This document shows positions 17,006 to 27,181 of a stretch of 28,500 bases of DNA, in pieces (positions within the stretch are counted from its first letter, which is position 1; every line of letters begins with the position of its first letter). Source of the DNA: Snowella sp. (GTDB lineage Bacteria; Cyanobacteriota; Cyanobacteriia; Cyanobacteriales; Microcystaceae); contig JAYKGY010000146.1 in the NCBI GenBank assembly GCA_035285545.1, positions 1-28,500 of the forward strand, written 5' to 3'. A model generated the notes under the pieces. It made no database searches, was not told the DNA's origin, and was given only the letters and a program-made list of their open reading frames with translations. The position numbers were made by a program, and so were the translations under genes.

Positions 17006-17455
17006 TCAAAAAGATCCGTCATCATCTAATTGCACATCCCACCTAGCAGAGAGAACCTGACTGACCATTGCTTCTAAGGTCGCCACATCGAGGGGATCAT
17101 TGATGGTCGGTTCCTGTATGACGTTGATCTGGGGCGTTAACCGGAGACAACGATTGTCTTGGACTAATTCAAAATAGGTTTTTCCTTCCGGGGTTTTATC
17201 CATCAACAAATAATCAAAACTCTGGACATTGATATAGAGAGAACCATTTGCCACAAGAGTTGCTTGTTTGGGGTCAGCAAAAACTTCGATCATCCACCCT
17301 TCTCCTTCACTTTGTACTAAACCATCCAGGGTGTGTAAATAATAAACTTTACTCACATCATTGAGTAAACGACGCATATCTTCTTTATTAATTACTAAGC
17401 CCGTATCGATAATGCAAGGGGCTGGCAAGGACTGTGGAGATTGAGGTTGGTTCAT
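17006..17455 (-). CDS. Hypothetical protein, probably conserved in cyanobacteria
   Basis: 149-aa ORF filling the gap; globular-looking sequence with an acidic C-terminus (WDVQLDDD). Confidence 0.7.
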   Translation of the reverse strand: MNQPQSPQSLPAPCIIDTGLVINKEDMRRLLNDVSKVYYLHTLDGLVQSEGEGWMIEVFADPKQATLVANGSLYINVQSFDYLLMDKTPEGKTYFELVQDNRCLRLTPQINVIQEPTINDPLDVATLEAMVSQVLSARWDVQLDDDGSF

Positions 17456-17589
17456 GGAAAATGCCCTAAATTATAAATGAGGTCGCGTTCCCAGTAAAAA
17501 GTTATCACGAACCTTAACATTCTGCTCAATCTGGGATCAACCTACGATTTAATCTTAGCTTAAGAAGTCCTAACGGTTTTGAATTTTTT

Positions 17590-18423
17590 GTGAATACCAA
17601 ATCATCGGAGATCGAACAAAATACGACAGAATCTTTGGCTCTGTCACGGGGATGGTTAACGCGATCGCGTCGGGCTGTGCCATCTTTTTGGGGTTCAATT
17701 CTGTTTTATACGAAACTTCCTTTACCGTCATGGTTTCCGATTGAGTTTGACCGGATTGCTCGTTGGTGCCCTGTCATTGGTTTAATCTTAGGGGCCAGTT
17801 TAGGGGGAATTGATTGGGGACTAACTTTTTTGGGATTTCCACCTTTAGTTCGGAGTGTGAGCATTGTGGCTTTAGGGGTTAGTTTAACTGGCGGTTTGCA
17901 TTTAGATGGGGTGAGTGATACAGCCGATGGGTTAGCGGTGACGGATCCTGCTCGTCGTTTAGCTGTGATGAAAGAGAGTACAACTGGAGCCTTTGGGGTG
18001 ATGGCGATCGCGTTAATTTTATTGCTCAAATCGGCGGCCTTAAGTGAGTTAATGACAAATCGAGGGCTGGTGTTAATGTTGGCAATGGGTTGGGCACGTT
18101 GGGGTCAGGTGGCAGCGATCACGTTTTATCCCTATCTCAGATCGGAAGGGAAAGGCGCGTTACATCGAGAAACTTTTAAATTTCCTCAAGATTTACTACT
18201 CGGTTTATTCTTTTTGGTCTTATTCAGCGCAGTCTGGATATACTGGCAACCTCAACAATGGTTAGTCATTCTTATAACTACACTATTAAGTGCGGCGATC
18301 GCGTTATTAACAGGTTGGTGGTTTAATCGTCAATTCGGTGGCCAGACAGGAGATACCTACGGCGCGATCGTGGAATGGTCAGAAGCCTTAATTTTATGCA
18401 GCTTAACGATTTGGTTTAGCTAG
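17590..18423 (+). CDS. cobS: Adenosylcobinamide-GDP ribazoletransferase (cobalamin synthase)
   Basis: TGGLHLDGVSDTADGL, MKESTTGAFG and GGQTGDTYGA motifs. Overlaps the convergent gene by 8 bp. Confidence 0.93.
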   Translation: MNTKSSEIEQNTTESLALSRGWLTRSRRAVPSFWGSILFYTKLPLPSWFPIEFDRIARWCPVIGLILGASLGGIDWGLTFLGFPPLVRSVSIVALGVSLTGGLHLDGVSDTADGLAVTDPARRLAVMKESTTGAFGVMAIALILLLKSAALSELMTNRGLVLMLAMGWARWGQVAAITFYPYLRSEGKGALHRETFKFPQDLLLGLFFLVLFSAVWIYWQPQQWLVILITTLLSAAIALLTGWWFNRQFGGQTGDTYGAIVEWSEALILCSLTIWFS

Positions 18424-18868
18424 CAGGCTGCAAACGAGTCACTTTCAGCGAAAAACGACCGCCACCCGCCACCCCAAAAGTCCGCACACGTACTATATAT
18501 CTTCCCGTTTCCGTAATCCGAGCAAATAACAGAGAACTGGTTCCCCCATCTGGCCCATCGTCATTAGACCCCACCGTCGAGCCATCCGAGGCAATCAACA
18601 TAATCACCGTATCAAACTCATCGGATTTAAGATCAATCGCAATCTGATCCTTTTCATTTAAAGTCACCACATAATCCCGCGCAAATCCCCCTTCTCCTGT
18701 AGGAATATCCTGAACCGTCAAATTATCGTTAATTTCAGTATTTAACGTTAAAGGAATCGGATGATATAAACCATTTTCTGCTCGCAATGAAAATGTGGTT
18801 ATTCCTAGTAATAAAGGTAGGGTTATAAATATTAATGTTGAAAAACGAGTATAAAAAACATCAGTCAT
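18416..18868 (-). CDS. Exported pre-peptidase C-terminal (PPC) domain protein
   Basis: Signal-like N-terminus; IDLKSDEFDT...NDDG...GRYIVRV...GRFSL. Confidence 0.8.
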   Translation of the reverse strand: MTDVFYTRFSTLIFITLPLLLGITTFSLRAENGLYHPIPLTLNTEINDNLTVQDIPTGEGGFARDYVVTLNEKDQIAIDLKSDEFDTVIMLIASDGSTVGSNDDGPDGGTSSLLFARITETGRYIVRVRTFGVAGGGRFSLKVTRLQPAS

Positions 18869-18991
18869 TGGTAAAAGAAAGTTTTATTAAAACTCATCTA
18901 TTGTGACATTCTGCCCTAGTCAATGCAAAGATACGAACAAATGGCTTGCTATTTTCGAGATATAAACGCTAAGATAAAAAAGTATCGGCAA

Positions 18992-19370
18992 GGGGCCGCA
19001 ACGGTTTCGACAGGTTGGCGAAAGCTCCCCCGCGATGCAGGTCGAGAGTGAGTCTCCTCTCGCAAATCCAAGGCTCAAACAAAATGTAACTGCGAATAAC
19101 ATCGTCAGCTTCAAGCGCGTGGCAGTAGCTGCCTAAACTCGTCAGAGTCCGCTTACTTCTAGTTCGACTCCGTTAAGGATTAGAGGTTAACCCCAACGGA
19201 TGCACTTCTTAGCGTTTCTCTGGTTGGCTAATAAGTAAAGACTTAACTAGAGCATCCCACCATCTGGGATAAGAGATGGTTCTTGCCCTGAGGATTAGAG
19301 GGGCTAAGCCTGTGAATGAACGGAAAGTTAATACCCAATTTGGACAGCAGTTCGACTCTGCTCGGCTCCA
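18992..19370 (+). ncRNA. ssrA: tmRNA (one-piece), tag peptide (A)ANNIVSFKRVAVAA* at 19092-19136
   Basis: 5' GGGGCCG pairs with 3' CGGCTCC-A including the G3-U70 alanine determinant. T-arm AGCAG-TTCGACT-CTGCT and a cyanobacterial-type tag frame are present. CCA is not encoded. Confidence 0.97.
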
Positions 19371-19392
19371 TTAAAAAAAGAAAAAAATTTTT

Positions 19393-19424
19393 GATGTCCT
19401 CAGAAAACTAGGGCATCTTTTTTT
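19393..19424 (+). terminator. Intrinsic terminator of ssrA
   Basis: GATGTCCT-N9-AGGGCATC stem followed by T7. Confidence 0.75.
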
Positions 19425-19483
19425 GACGATGTGGTTTTTGGAGAAGAGTGGGAAATTCCCACCCTAATGCCAGACTAAAAAGC

Positions 19484-20410
19484 CTAATTACATTGATTCA
19501 TCGTGCTGAGTTGCGTGACGATCTGATCAATTTGACGGACTAAGGTTGTACCAGGCTTACTAGAATCATTGGCCAAAATGCTAAACACTAGGATTCCGTA
19601 GGTAGGGTGGTTAATATAACCTGATAAAGCACGAACCCCCCTTAAAGTCCCTGTTTTTGCATAGACAATGCCTTGCGCGGGAGTTTGGCGCATCCGTCTG
19701 CCTAAAGTGCCATTCATCCCTGCAACGGGTAAAGAAGCAACAAATACGTCTCCTCCTTGGGCTGAATACATCGCAGTAAGGGTTTCTACTAAGGTTCTCG
19801 GCGTTGTGGCATTAGAACGAGATAATCCTGAACCATCAGCGAGGCGGACATTTTGGGTATTAACGCCTAACTGGGCTAAGGCTGCTTTTGCGGCTCCAGG
19901 CCCGCCGATGTATCGCAGCAAGGTATCGGCATAACCGTTATGGCTACGCTTATTCGTTACAGTGACCCACTCTTGCAAAGATTTAGAGCCAATGGTGGCG
20001 TTGGGGTTTAAACGCTGAAGAGCGGCAGCCGTTGTAAAAATCTTGGTGTTAGAGGCAGGAATAAAATATCTGTCAGGGTTATGGCTGTAGAGGAGTTGAT
20101 TGCCTTGTAAGGTTTGAACTAAAATTCCCCAACGGTTTAAAGAATTTGCGCCAATAATGCGATGAACAATGGGATCTAAGGTTGCAGGGCATGTGCCTTG
20201 ATAAATGGGAGAACCGTAGTTGCCAAAGTTGCCGCGAGGGGACTCCTCAAATTCAGGAGATTCCACATTGAGGGGAATAGAATCTCGCCCTTGAAAATAG
20301 TCAACACTCGCTCTGGGATAAGACTCGTTAGCCATGCTAGGGAGAGTCCAAGCTAGACTGGCAGCAGTAGCAATTGCTAGAGGAGTGAACCATTGACGAA
20401 TGTGTTTCAT
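19484..20410 (-). CDS. dacB: D-Ala-D-Ala carboxypeptidase/endopeptidase, S13 (PBP4) family, compact form
   Basis: Signal peptide; SxxK (PASNTK), SxN (SHN), DGSGLSR and KTGT motifs. Confidence 0.88.
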   Translation of the reverse strand: MKHIRQWFTPLAIATAASLAWTLPSMANESYPRASVDYFQGRDSIPLNVESPEFEESPRGNFGNYGSPIYQGTCPATLDPIVHRIIGANSLNRWGILVQTLQGNQLLYSHNPDRYFIPASNTKIFTTAAALQRLNPNATIGSKSLQEWVTVTNKRSHNGYADTLLRYIGGPGAAKAALAQLGVNTQNVRLADGSGLSRSNATTPRTLVETLTAMYSAQGGDVFVASLPVAGMNGTLGRRMRQTPAQGIVYAKTGTLRGVRALSGYINHPTYGILVFSILANDSSKPGTTLVRQIDQIVTQLSTMNQCN

Positions 20411-20631
20411 GAGCTTATTAAAAAATAACTAAATTTTTGATATTAAACGAAAAGCTTTGTACCAAGAGATGGACAAATAATCATCGAATTGTAGCAGAGG
20501 TTGGGTAAATAATCATCATTTTGGTGGGGCTTAAATTGAATTTTGTAGGTTACACCCTAAGTCGAGAGAGAAACACTGAACGATTTTTATCTTCGATATC
20601 AAGGAAATTTGACATTTTTTGGAATGGTTTC

Positions 20632-21543
20632 TTAATTCGGAATTTCCATCATTCCTTCCATGACCATGACTGAACTTCCCCCAACACAAACCTGTTGGAT
20701 TCTATTTTCTTGTTTAGTGATTTTGACAGTTAATAGGCTGGGTCTCCCCATTTCAATGCCTTGTTCAATTTGCCATTGGAGTATTCCTTCTCGACGATCG
20801 CGGACTCCCAGATAACCCCCTAAAGCCGCAGCAGCCGAACCCGTGGCGGGATCTTCTTCAATGCCTAAAGCAGGCGCAAACATACGTGATCTTAAAAAAA
20901 TAGCGGGGTCACTGGTTTCTAAGGTAAATAAATAAACACAGGTTGCCCAAAAGTTTGATAATAAGTCTTGCCAGCGATCGCGCTGTAATCTTGCTTGGGC
21001 TAAAACCCGTTGATTTTTCAAGGGAATAAACAAAAAAGGTAACCCACAGGAAACGGCTTCAGGGGCATATTCTCCTGTTAGCAAATCTTCAGGATTAAGA
21101 GAAAGCATCGGGGCTAGGTGTTCGATAGAAGGCGGCTCAGGGCCAAACGCGGGTAATTGGGATGCGGTCAATTCCGTATAAGTCGGCTTTCCCTGATGGC
21201 TCAAAATCTGGACGGGAACAGGGCCCACTCCTTCTTCAAAAACAATACGGGTTTCGGGATCGATTAAGGAAATTTCTCCTAAATGGGCTAAAACATAGGC
21301 TGTTCCAACCGTTGGATGACCTGCAAACGGCAATTCGGCTTTGGGAGTAAAAATACGTAACTGCTTGGTTCCTTCCGGTGTACGGGGCGGTAGGACAAAC
21401 ACGGTTTCTGAATAGTTAATTTCGGCAGCAATTTTTTGCATCTGCCAGTCAGTTAAGCTTTGAGCGTGAGGGAATACGGCTAAGGGATTTCCGCCAAAAA
21501 TCTGATTTGTGAAAACATCAGCGGTATAAAACGAATAACGCAT
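20632..21543 (-). CDS. PhzF family isomerase/epimerase
   Basis: DVFT...[29 protein letters not shown] and [10 protein letters not shown] motifs. Confidence 0.92.
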   Translation of the reverse strand: MRYSFYTADVFTNQIFGGNPLAVFPHAQSLTDWQMQKIAAEINYSETVFVLPPRTPEGTKQLRIFTPKAELPFAGHPTVGTAYVLAHLGEISLIDPETRIVFEEGVGPVPVQILSHQGKPTYTELTASQLPAFGPEPPSIEHLAPMLSLNPEDLLTGEYAPEAVSCGLPFLFIPLKNQRVLAQARLQRDRWQDLLSNFWATCVYLFTLETSDPAIFLRSRMFAPALGIEEDPATGSAAAALGGYLGVRDRREGILQWQIEQGIEMGRPSLLTVKITKQENRIQQVCVGGSSVMVMEGMMEIPN

Positions 21544-21604
21544 AAAAATGGCAAAAGATAACGCTATATTTAGCTTTCAGCAATACAGGTTCGACCGTAG
21601 GGGG

Positions 21605-22015
21605 TTACCATTCTTGTGTTAGGTTAATGGGTTGGCATTGCTTGATTTGAATGACGATTCCTTCCGCGCCTTCTTGCTGAAGATCTTCGATATAGCCCCC
21701 TTGATAGGTTTTAGCTTCAAAGTCACTGTTGAATGGCCCGAAATAGTAAAGGCAACGGGGAAAGTCTGTGTAGATTTCTACCCACCAGGCTAAGGGTTTG
21801 AGGGAAATATCGAGGGCAGATGTGGGGGTAATACTGAGGATTTTTGCACCGAGACGCTGAAAATTTCGGATTTCCGCACTCATTCGAGCATAGGGAACTT
21901 TCAGAAAAATTTTTCCAGAACGAATAGAAACCTGATTTTGGCTAAATGAGACGGGAGACGCGATCGCGATTTCTAAAAGAAATAATCGGCTATCGTTGGA
22001 AAAAGGAGTCGCCAT
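21605..22015 (-). CDS. CpcD-like phycobilisome linker domain fused to DUF1816
   Basis: N-half SRLFLLEI...IRSGKIFLKVPYARMSAEIRNFQRLGAKILSITP is CpcD-like; C-half WWVEIYT..PRCLYYFGPF...GYIEDLQQEGA is DUF1816-like. Confidence 0.75.
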   Translation of the reverse strand: MATPFSNDSRLFLLEIAIASPVSFSQNQVSIRSGKIFLKVPYARMSAEIRNFQRLGAKILSITPTSALDISLKPLAWWVEIYTDFPRCLYYFGPFNSDFEAKTYQGGYIEDLQQEGAEGIVIQIKQCQPINLTQEW

Positions 22016-22264
22016 AAAGATTGCGCTAGAGCTTAAAAAGTCACTTAAAATTGGCTTGGGGTCAATTATTCGATTGTGTGGTTATTATACTGGGATGGTG
22101 AAGATTGTAAAGGGTATTATGAAGAAATTGCTTGATGAGGTTGCATATTTCGACTCAGCAAAAATTCATTGATAGCAAAAAAAACGCCTCTCAGATCTCG
22201 GAAAAGCGTGCGCGAAGGAAGTCTTTTTACCCTTAAGGGATTAATTTTTTTGTACTGAAAAGGG

Positions 22265-23203
22265 TTACATCGCCCCTAGAATTTGGTCATCGCTTGAAAA
22301 ATCAATTGCTTGATCTTGACGGCCAACAGCCAAGTAATCCTTTTCAAAGGAATCTTTTAGCCCTGAAATGAGATCATATTCGGGTTGCCAGTTGAGTTCG
22401 GTTTTGGCCTTATGGATATCGGCAAAGAAGTGTTGAACTCGCAGGGGAAAGGCTTTTTTCTTGCCAAAATCAAAGTCTTTGGGGTTGTAATGAACTAACT
22501 TCAGGTCATCAGGAGACTTACCTGCCGCGATCGCTGCTGCTTTGGCCAGACCATCAAAGGTGACATAGCGATCGCCAGAAATATTGTAAATTTGTCCGAC
22601 TGCTTGAGCATTCCCTAAAACGGCGGTCATGGCTGAGGCGAGATCTTGAACATGGCCAAATTGGGTAAAGTGCAGACCGTTCCCTGGGATTGGGATCGGG
22701 CGATCGCGGACAATGCGGTCAAAAAACCAAGCTTCCAAATCATTGTAATTTTGCGGGCCATAGATATAGACAGGGCGGATCGATGTCCAGGGAATGCCAC
22801 TGTCTGCGAGATAGGCTTCCGTTTCAAATTTCCCCTTGTGGCGGCTTTTGGGATCAGTGGGATCGCCCTCGACATGGGGCATTTGGTCAGATTTAAGATA
22901 AACCCCTGCTGAACTGACATAAATAAAATGTTGAACGCGGCCTTTAAAAATTTCGACTAGGGGCTGAGTATCGCTGAGTTCCCGCCCGTTATTGTCATAA
23001 ATAGCATCGAATTCTTCTTTTTCCAACTTCTCCCTGAGCAGGGCTACATCCTGGCGATCGCCGTGAATTTGTTGAATTCCTTCAATGGGGCTAGGCTTTT
23101 TCCCTCGATTAAACAGAACGACCTCATGGCCTTGCTCTACCAACGTTTTAGTTAAGTAAACGCCAATAAAACGGGTTCCCCCCATGATTAAAACTCGCAT
23201 CAT
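22265..23203 (-). CDS. Atypical NAD-dependent epimerase/SDR, CSP41b-like RNA-binding protein
   Basis: MGGTRFIG, YDNNGRE, SSAGVY, IRPVYIYGP and KAFPLRVQHFF motifs. Confidence 0.85.
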   Translation of the reverse strand: MMRVLIMGGTRFIGVYLTKTLVEQGHEVVLFNRGKKPSPIEGIQQIHGDRQDVALLREKLEKEEFDAIYDNNGRELSDTQPLVEIFKGRVQHFIYVSSAGVYLKSDQMPHVEGDPTDPKSRHKGKFETEAYLADSGIPWTSIRPVYIYGPQNYNDLEAWFFDRIVRDRPIPIPGNGLHFTQFGHVQDLASAMTAVLGNAQAVGQIYNISGDRYVTFDGLAKAAAIAAGKSPDDLKLVHYNPKDFDFGKKKAFPLRVQHFFADIHKAKTELNWQPEYDLISGLKDSFEKDYLAVGRQDQAIDFSSDDQILGAM

Positions 23204-23294
23204 ATCCTCTTGCTCATCAATGCCTTCAACTTCTTACCATACCCTTAAACGGGGCAGACCTGGGTATCGGATTCTTTCCCAAGCGCGATCGCCG

Positions 23295-23336
23295 AAAAAA
23301 ATCCCCCATCCTAGAGCCAATGACTCAAAATGGGGA
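23295..23336 (-). terminator. Putative intrinsic terminator of glgB
   Basis: Minus strand CCCCAT...ATGGGG stem with an inner GAG/CTC pairing, followed by T7. Confidence 0.55.
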
Positions 23337-23371
23337 AACTTATCGTAATAAGGTTAATCGTTTTAAAACCC

Positions 23372-25672
23372 TTATTCTGGGGCACTTTCTAAGGCTTGGG
23401 CAGAATAATTGCGATTGAGTTTGAAAATAACCACTGATAACGGTGGTAAACACAGATCTAACGAATAGGGCATTGAGTGGAACGACCATTCTTCCGACCA
23501 TTTCCCTCCCAAATTGCCCAAATTGCCGCCCCCATACTGACGAGCATCACTATTAAACAACTCCGTATAGAAACCCGCTTCAGGAACGCCAATGCGATAA
23601 TGGCTATGGGGTTGGGGGGTAAAGTTACAGATAACAACAACGAACTCACTGGGATCACTACCCCGACGGATAAAAGAGACCACACTATGGCGATTATCAC
23701 TACAGTCAATCCATTGGAATCCGGCTTCCTCAAAGTCGTTGCTGTACAGGGCAGGCTCGGTTTGATAGAGATGATTTAAATCACTAAAGAATTTTTTGAG
23801 TTGTTGGTGCGGTTCAAATTGGAGTAAATGCCACTCTAAGTCACTCCAAACATTCCATTCTCCCCATTGGCCAAATTCCATGCTCATAAACATGGTTTTC
23901 TTGCCAGGGTGGGTGTACATATAGGAAAACAGAGCGCGGACATTCGCAAATTTTTGCCAAACATCCCCAGGCATTTTGCCTAACATATTGCTCTTACCGT
24001 GTACCACTTCATCGTGGGATAACGCCAGCATATAGTTTTCACTATGGTGATACCACATACTAAAGGTGACGTTATTTTGATGAAATTGGCGGAACCAGGG
24101 ATCCATGCTGAAATAATCCAACATATCGTGCATCCAGCCCATGTTCCATTTGAGGTTAAAGCCTAAGCCGCCAACGTAGGTCGGCCAGGAAACCATTGGC
24201 CAGGAGGTGGATTCTTCGGCGATCGTTAAAACGCCTGGAAAATAGCTGAATAACACACTATTGACCTGACGGAGGAAATCAGCCGCTTCTAAATTTTCTC
24301 GACCGCCGTATTGATTGGCGACCCATTCCCCATCTTTACGGCAATAATCGAGGTAAAGCATGGAAGCAACCGCATCAACTCGAATGCCATCAATGTGATA
24401 TTTATCGAACCAGAACAGGGCATTGGCAACCAAGAAGTTACGCACTTCATTGCGACCGTAGTTGAAAATTAAGGTTCCCCATTCCTTATGCTCACCTTTA
24501 CGCGCGTCTGCGTGTTCATACAGATGAGTCCCATCAAAAAAGGCTAAACCGTGGCCATCTTTCGGGAAATGCCCAGGAACCCAATCCACAATTACCCCTA
24601 ACCCATTGAGGTGACATTGATCGATGAAATACATCAAATCTTCGGGGCTGCCATAGCGGGAGGTCGGGGCGTAATAACCCGTGACTTGATACCCCCAGGA
24701 GCCATCAAAGGGATGTTCCGCGATCGGTAAGAGTTCAATGTGGGTATAACCTAATTCTTTAACGTAGGGAATTAATTGATCAACTAATTCATAATAGGTC
24801 AGAAATCTCGCGCCAGTATTCCATTCCGAGACTTCCACTGGTGGAATTTCCCCCTTTAACCCCTTAGCAGGCTCTTCAATAGAAGTATGTAACCAAGAAC
24901 CAATATGCAATTCATATACGGAAATCGGATGACGGAGGGGATCGGTATGGCGGCGGTTTTCGATCCAGTCTTGATCATGCCATTGATAGTTATCTAAATC
25001 GGCCACAATAGAAGCGGTTTTGGGCCTAACTTCTTGGTAAAAACCATAGGGGTCGGATTTTTCGTAAATATGTCCTTCCCAGTTTTTAATTTCGTATTTA
25101 TAGGCCGTACCTACGCCCAATTCAGGAATAAACAGTTCCCAAATCATGTTGTTACGCTTCCGCATTTGGTGCAGACGGCCATCCCATTTATTAAAATCGC
25201 CTAAAATTGAAACGTTACGAGCGTTGGGGGCCCAAACCGCAAAATAAACCCCTTTTACGCCATCGACTTCCATCAGATGCGCGCCTAATTTTTCATAGAT
25301 GCGGTGATGGTTGCCTTCGCCAAATAGATGAATGTCAAAGTCGGTTAATTTCGGTGAGCTAAAGGCATAGGGATCGTAAATCACTCGTTCATGTTCGCCT
25401 TCTTTAACCCGAAATTGGTAGTTAACCAGGGTAGCGGTATCAACGATACATTCAAAAAAGTGGGGATGGTGCACCGACTGCATCGGATATTCTTTGCGTT
25501 CGGTGGGGAAGGTTACCCAGGCTTGCTGGGCATCGGGTAAATAGGCTCGGATGACCCATTCCTTAACGGTTCCATCAACTTCAATTGGGTGGCTACCCAA
25601 AATTTGAAAGGGATCATTATGGAGATTATAAACAATCTGATTAACTTGGTCTTGCGTTAAAGTTGTTGACAT
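23372..25672 (-). CDS. glgB: 1,4-alpha-glucan branching enzyme
   Basis: [33 protein letters not shown] and [10 protein letters not shown] motifs. Confidence 0.97.
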   Translation of the reverse strand: MSTTLTQDQVNQIVYNLHNDPFQILGSHPIEVDGTVKEWVIRAYLPDAQQAWVTFPTERKEYPMQSVHHPHFFECIVDTATLVNYQFRVKEGEHERVIYDPYAFSSPKLTDFDIHLFGEGNHHRIYEKLGAHLMEVDGVKGVYFAVWAPNARNVSILGDFNKWDGRLHQMRKRNNMIWELFIPELGVGTAYKYEIKNWEGHIYEKSDPYGFYQEVRPKTASIVADLDNYQWHDQDWIENRRHTDPLRHPISVYELHIGSWLHTSIEEPAKGLKGEIPPVEVSEWNTGARFLTYYELVDQLIPYVKELGYTHIELLPIAEHPFDGSWGYQVTGYYAPTSRYGSPEDLMYFIDQCHLNGLGVIVDWVPGHFPKDGHGLAFFDGTHLYEHADARKGEHKEWGTLIFNYGRNEVRNFLVANALFWFDKYHIDGIRVDAVASMLYLDYCRKDGEWVANQYGGRENLEAADFLRQVNSVLFSYFPGVLTIAEESTSWPMVSWPTYVGGLGFNLKWNMGWMHDMLDYFSMDPWFRQFHQNNVTFSMWYHHSENYMLALSHDEVVHGKSNMLGKMPGDVWQKFANVRALFSYMYTHPGKKTMFMSMEFGQWGEWNVWSDLEWHLLQFEPHQQLKKFFSDLNHLYQTEPALYSNDFEEAGFQWIDCSDNRHSVVSFIRRGSDPSEFVVVICNFTPQPHSHYRIGVPEAGFYTELFNSDARQYGGGNLGNLGGKWSEEWSFHSMPYSLDLCLPPLSVVIFKLNRNYSAQALESAPE

Positions 25673-25940
25673 TCGACTACCAATTTTTATAAACGGAAAG
25701 GCTGCGACACCTTATTTATAGGTTATATATACTTTACACAGTTTTAATTCATTTCTCCGTTTTTGTAAAAAAGGGATTGATAAATTGAGCTAACGGTTGA
25801 TTAAGGTTGTTGAAATCTATTGTCATTGACGATATTTTTTTAAGGCTAACGTTTTTTAATTTGGCAAAAGAAAAAGCTATCTCAAAACGGGGAAGCTTAT
25901 CAATCCGAGTAAGATAGGGCACCGTAAACTATCAAAATAA

Positions 25941-25965
25941 ATCTTAAACAGCAGTGGTTTAAGAT
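25941..25965. promoter_or_regulatory. Perfect 9-bp inverted repeat upstream of glgB
   Basis: ATCTTAAAC-N7-GTTTAAGAT. Confidence 0.35.
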
Positions 25966-26082
25966 ACTTATAAAATAATTAGTTGTATCTTTAATTAGAT
26001 AAAAATTCGCGCAAACCCACGAATTGACGAAAATTGATTGTATTGTCTAACTAAAACCGCATTAGTGAATGGTTGATTGATC

Positions 26083-27003
26083 TCATTTTTGCCAATGCTG
26101 TACACAGGGCGATAAACTAATTAAATCTTCAATGTTGATACGCATAGTTCGACAAATTTGATCGAGCGGTAAATCATTAGCATCATGACCAAAGGGGTTC
26201 TCAATTTCTTCCCCAATTTCTTCAATCCCAAAAATGGTAAAAGCAATTACGCCTACAACCAATGGGGTAACCCATCCGAGACTATCAAGGAGTTGAAAAG
26301 GGGCGGCAAAACAGTAGAGAAAAATAAGTTGACGTAGATGGATTGAATAGGCAAGGGGAATCGGGGTTTTGAGGATTCTTTCGCAAATTCCTAAGACTTC
26401 GACCATATTATCTAATAATTTCAGCATGGCCGCTAGTTGGTAGGGGTGAATGCAGTTTTTTTCATATTGGGACTGAAGATAATTTCCAATCCAAAAGGCA
26501 ATTTCTAAGGGACGATTATTGATGGTTTGTAGTTTTTGATAGTTTTCTGGGGGAATGAGGTCAGCAAGTTCGGGGTTGATGGTTTCTGAGCGGAGGTGTA
26601 ATTTGGTCGCGATCGCAAAGGCGACTAACAGCCGTAGGATAATAATTTTTTGCTGACAATCGGCGGGATCGGGTTCTTCAACGGAAATCCAAATACTCCG
26701 GGAGAGATTCCGAACGGTATTAATTAGGGTGCCCCAAGCTTTTCGACCTTCCCAAAAGCGTTCATAGGCTGTATTTGTCCGAAAAACGAGCAATAAACCC
26801 AAGACAATACTGGGAACAATGCTATCTCTCAGAGAAATAGAAAGATTCCAACCCCTCCGATCCAGTAAGGTAATGACTAGGGAAAATAGGGTACAGATCA
26901 AGACCCTGGGCAAAATGGTGGGAATTACCGAGCCTCGTAAGGTTAGTGGGATTCCCATGCGTGGATTGGCCAAGGTTAAGCCTAAAAAGTTAGCGGTTTT
27001 CAT
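26083..27003 (-). CDS. Bestrophin family anion channel (YneE/UPF0187)
   Basis: LLVFRTNTAYERFWEGRKAWG, CERILKTPIP and EIENPFGHDANDLP motifs. Confidence 0.93.
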   Translation of the reverse strand: MKTANFLGLTLANPRMGIPLTLRGSVIPTILPRVLICTLFSLVITLLDRRGWNLSISLRDSIVPSIVLGLLLVFRTNTAYERFWEGRKAWGTLINTVRNLSRSIWISVEEPDPADCQQKIIILRLLVAFAIATKLHLRSETINPELADLIPPENYQKLQTINNRPLEIAFWIGNYLQSQYEKNCIHPYQLAAMLKLLDNMVEVLGICERILKTPIPLAYSIHLRQLIFLYCFAAPFQLLDSLGWVTPLVVGVIAFTIFGIEEIGEEIENPFGHDANDLPLDQICRTMRINIEDLISLSPCVQHWQK

Positions 27004-27181
27004 TCAAGCTGGTTTCTCATGGATTCGATCATAGACTCGCTTCGGGACGCGATCGCCGATTTTTGAACAGGTCTTAGCCGTACCGATCAACTCTTAGCCT
27101 AAAGTGATTGTCAAACTTTGTAAAATAGAAGTTAAGCCTTTGCAACCCTAATTCTTTGTTTTTCTAGCATTTCTAACACCT

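Noticed and set aside
18920..19114. 64-aa minus-strand ORF
   Set aside because: It is antisense to tmRNA and most likely a shadow ORF.
4973..25672. glgP and glgB as a glycogen gene cluster
   Set aside because: They are about 16 kb apart on opposite strands with unrelated genes between them. The same applies to cbiT and cobS.
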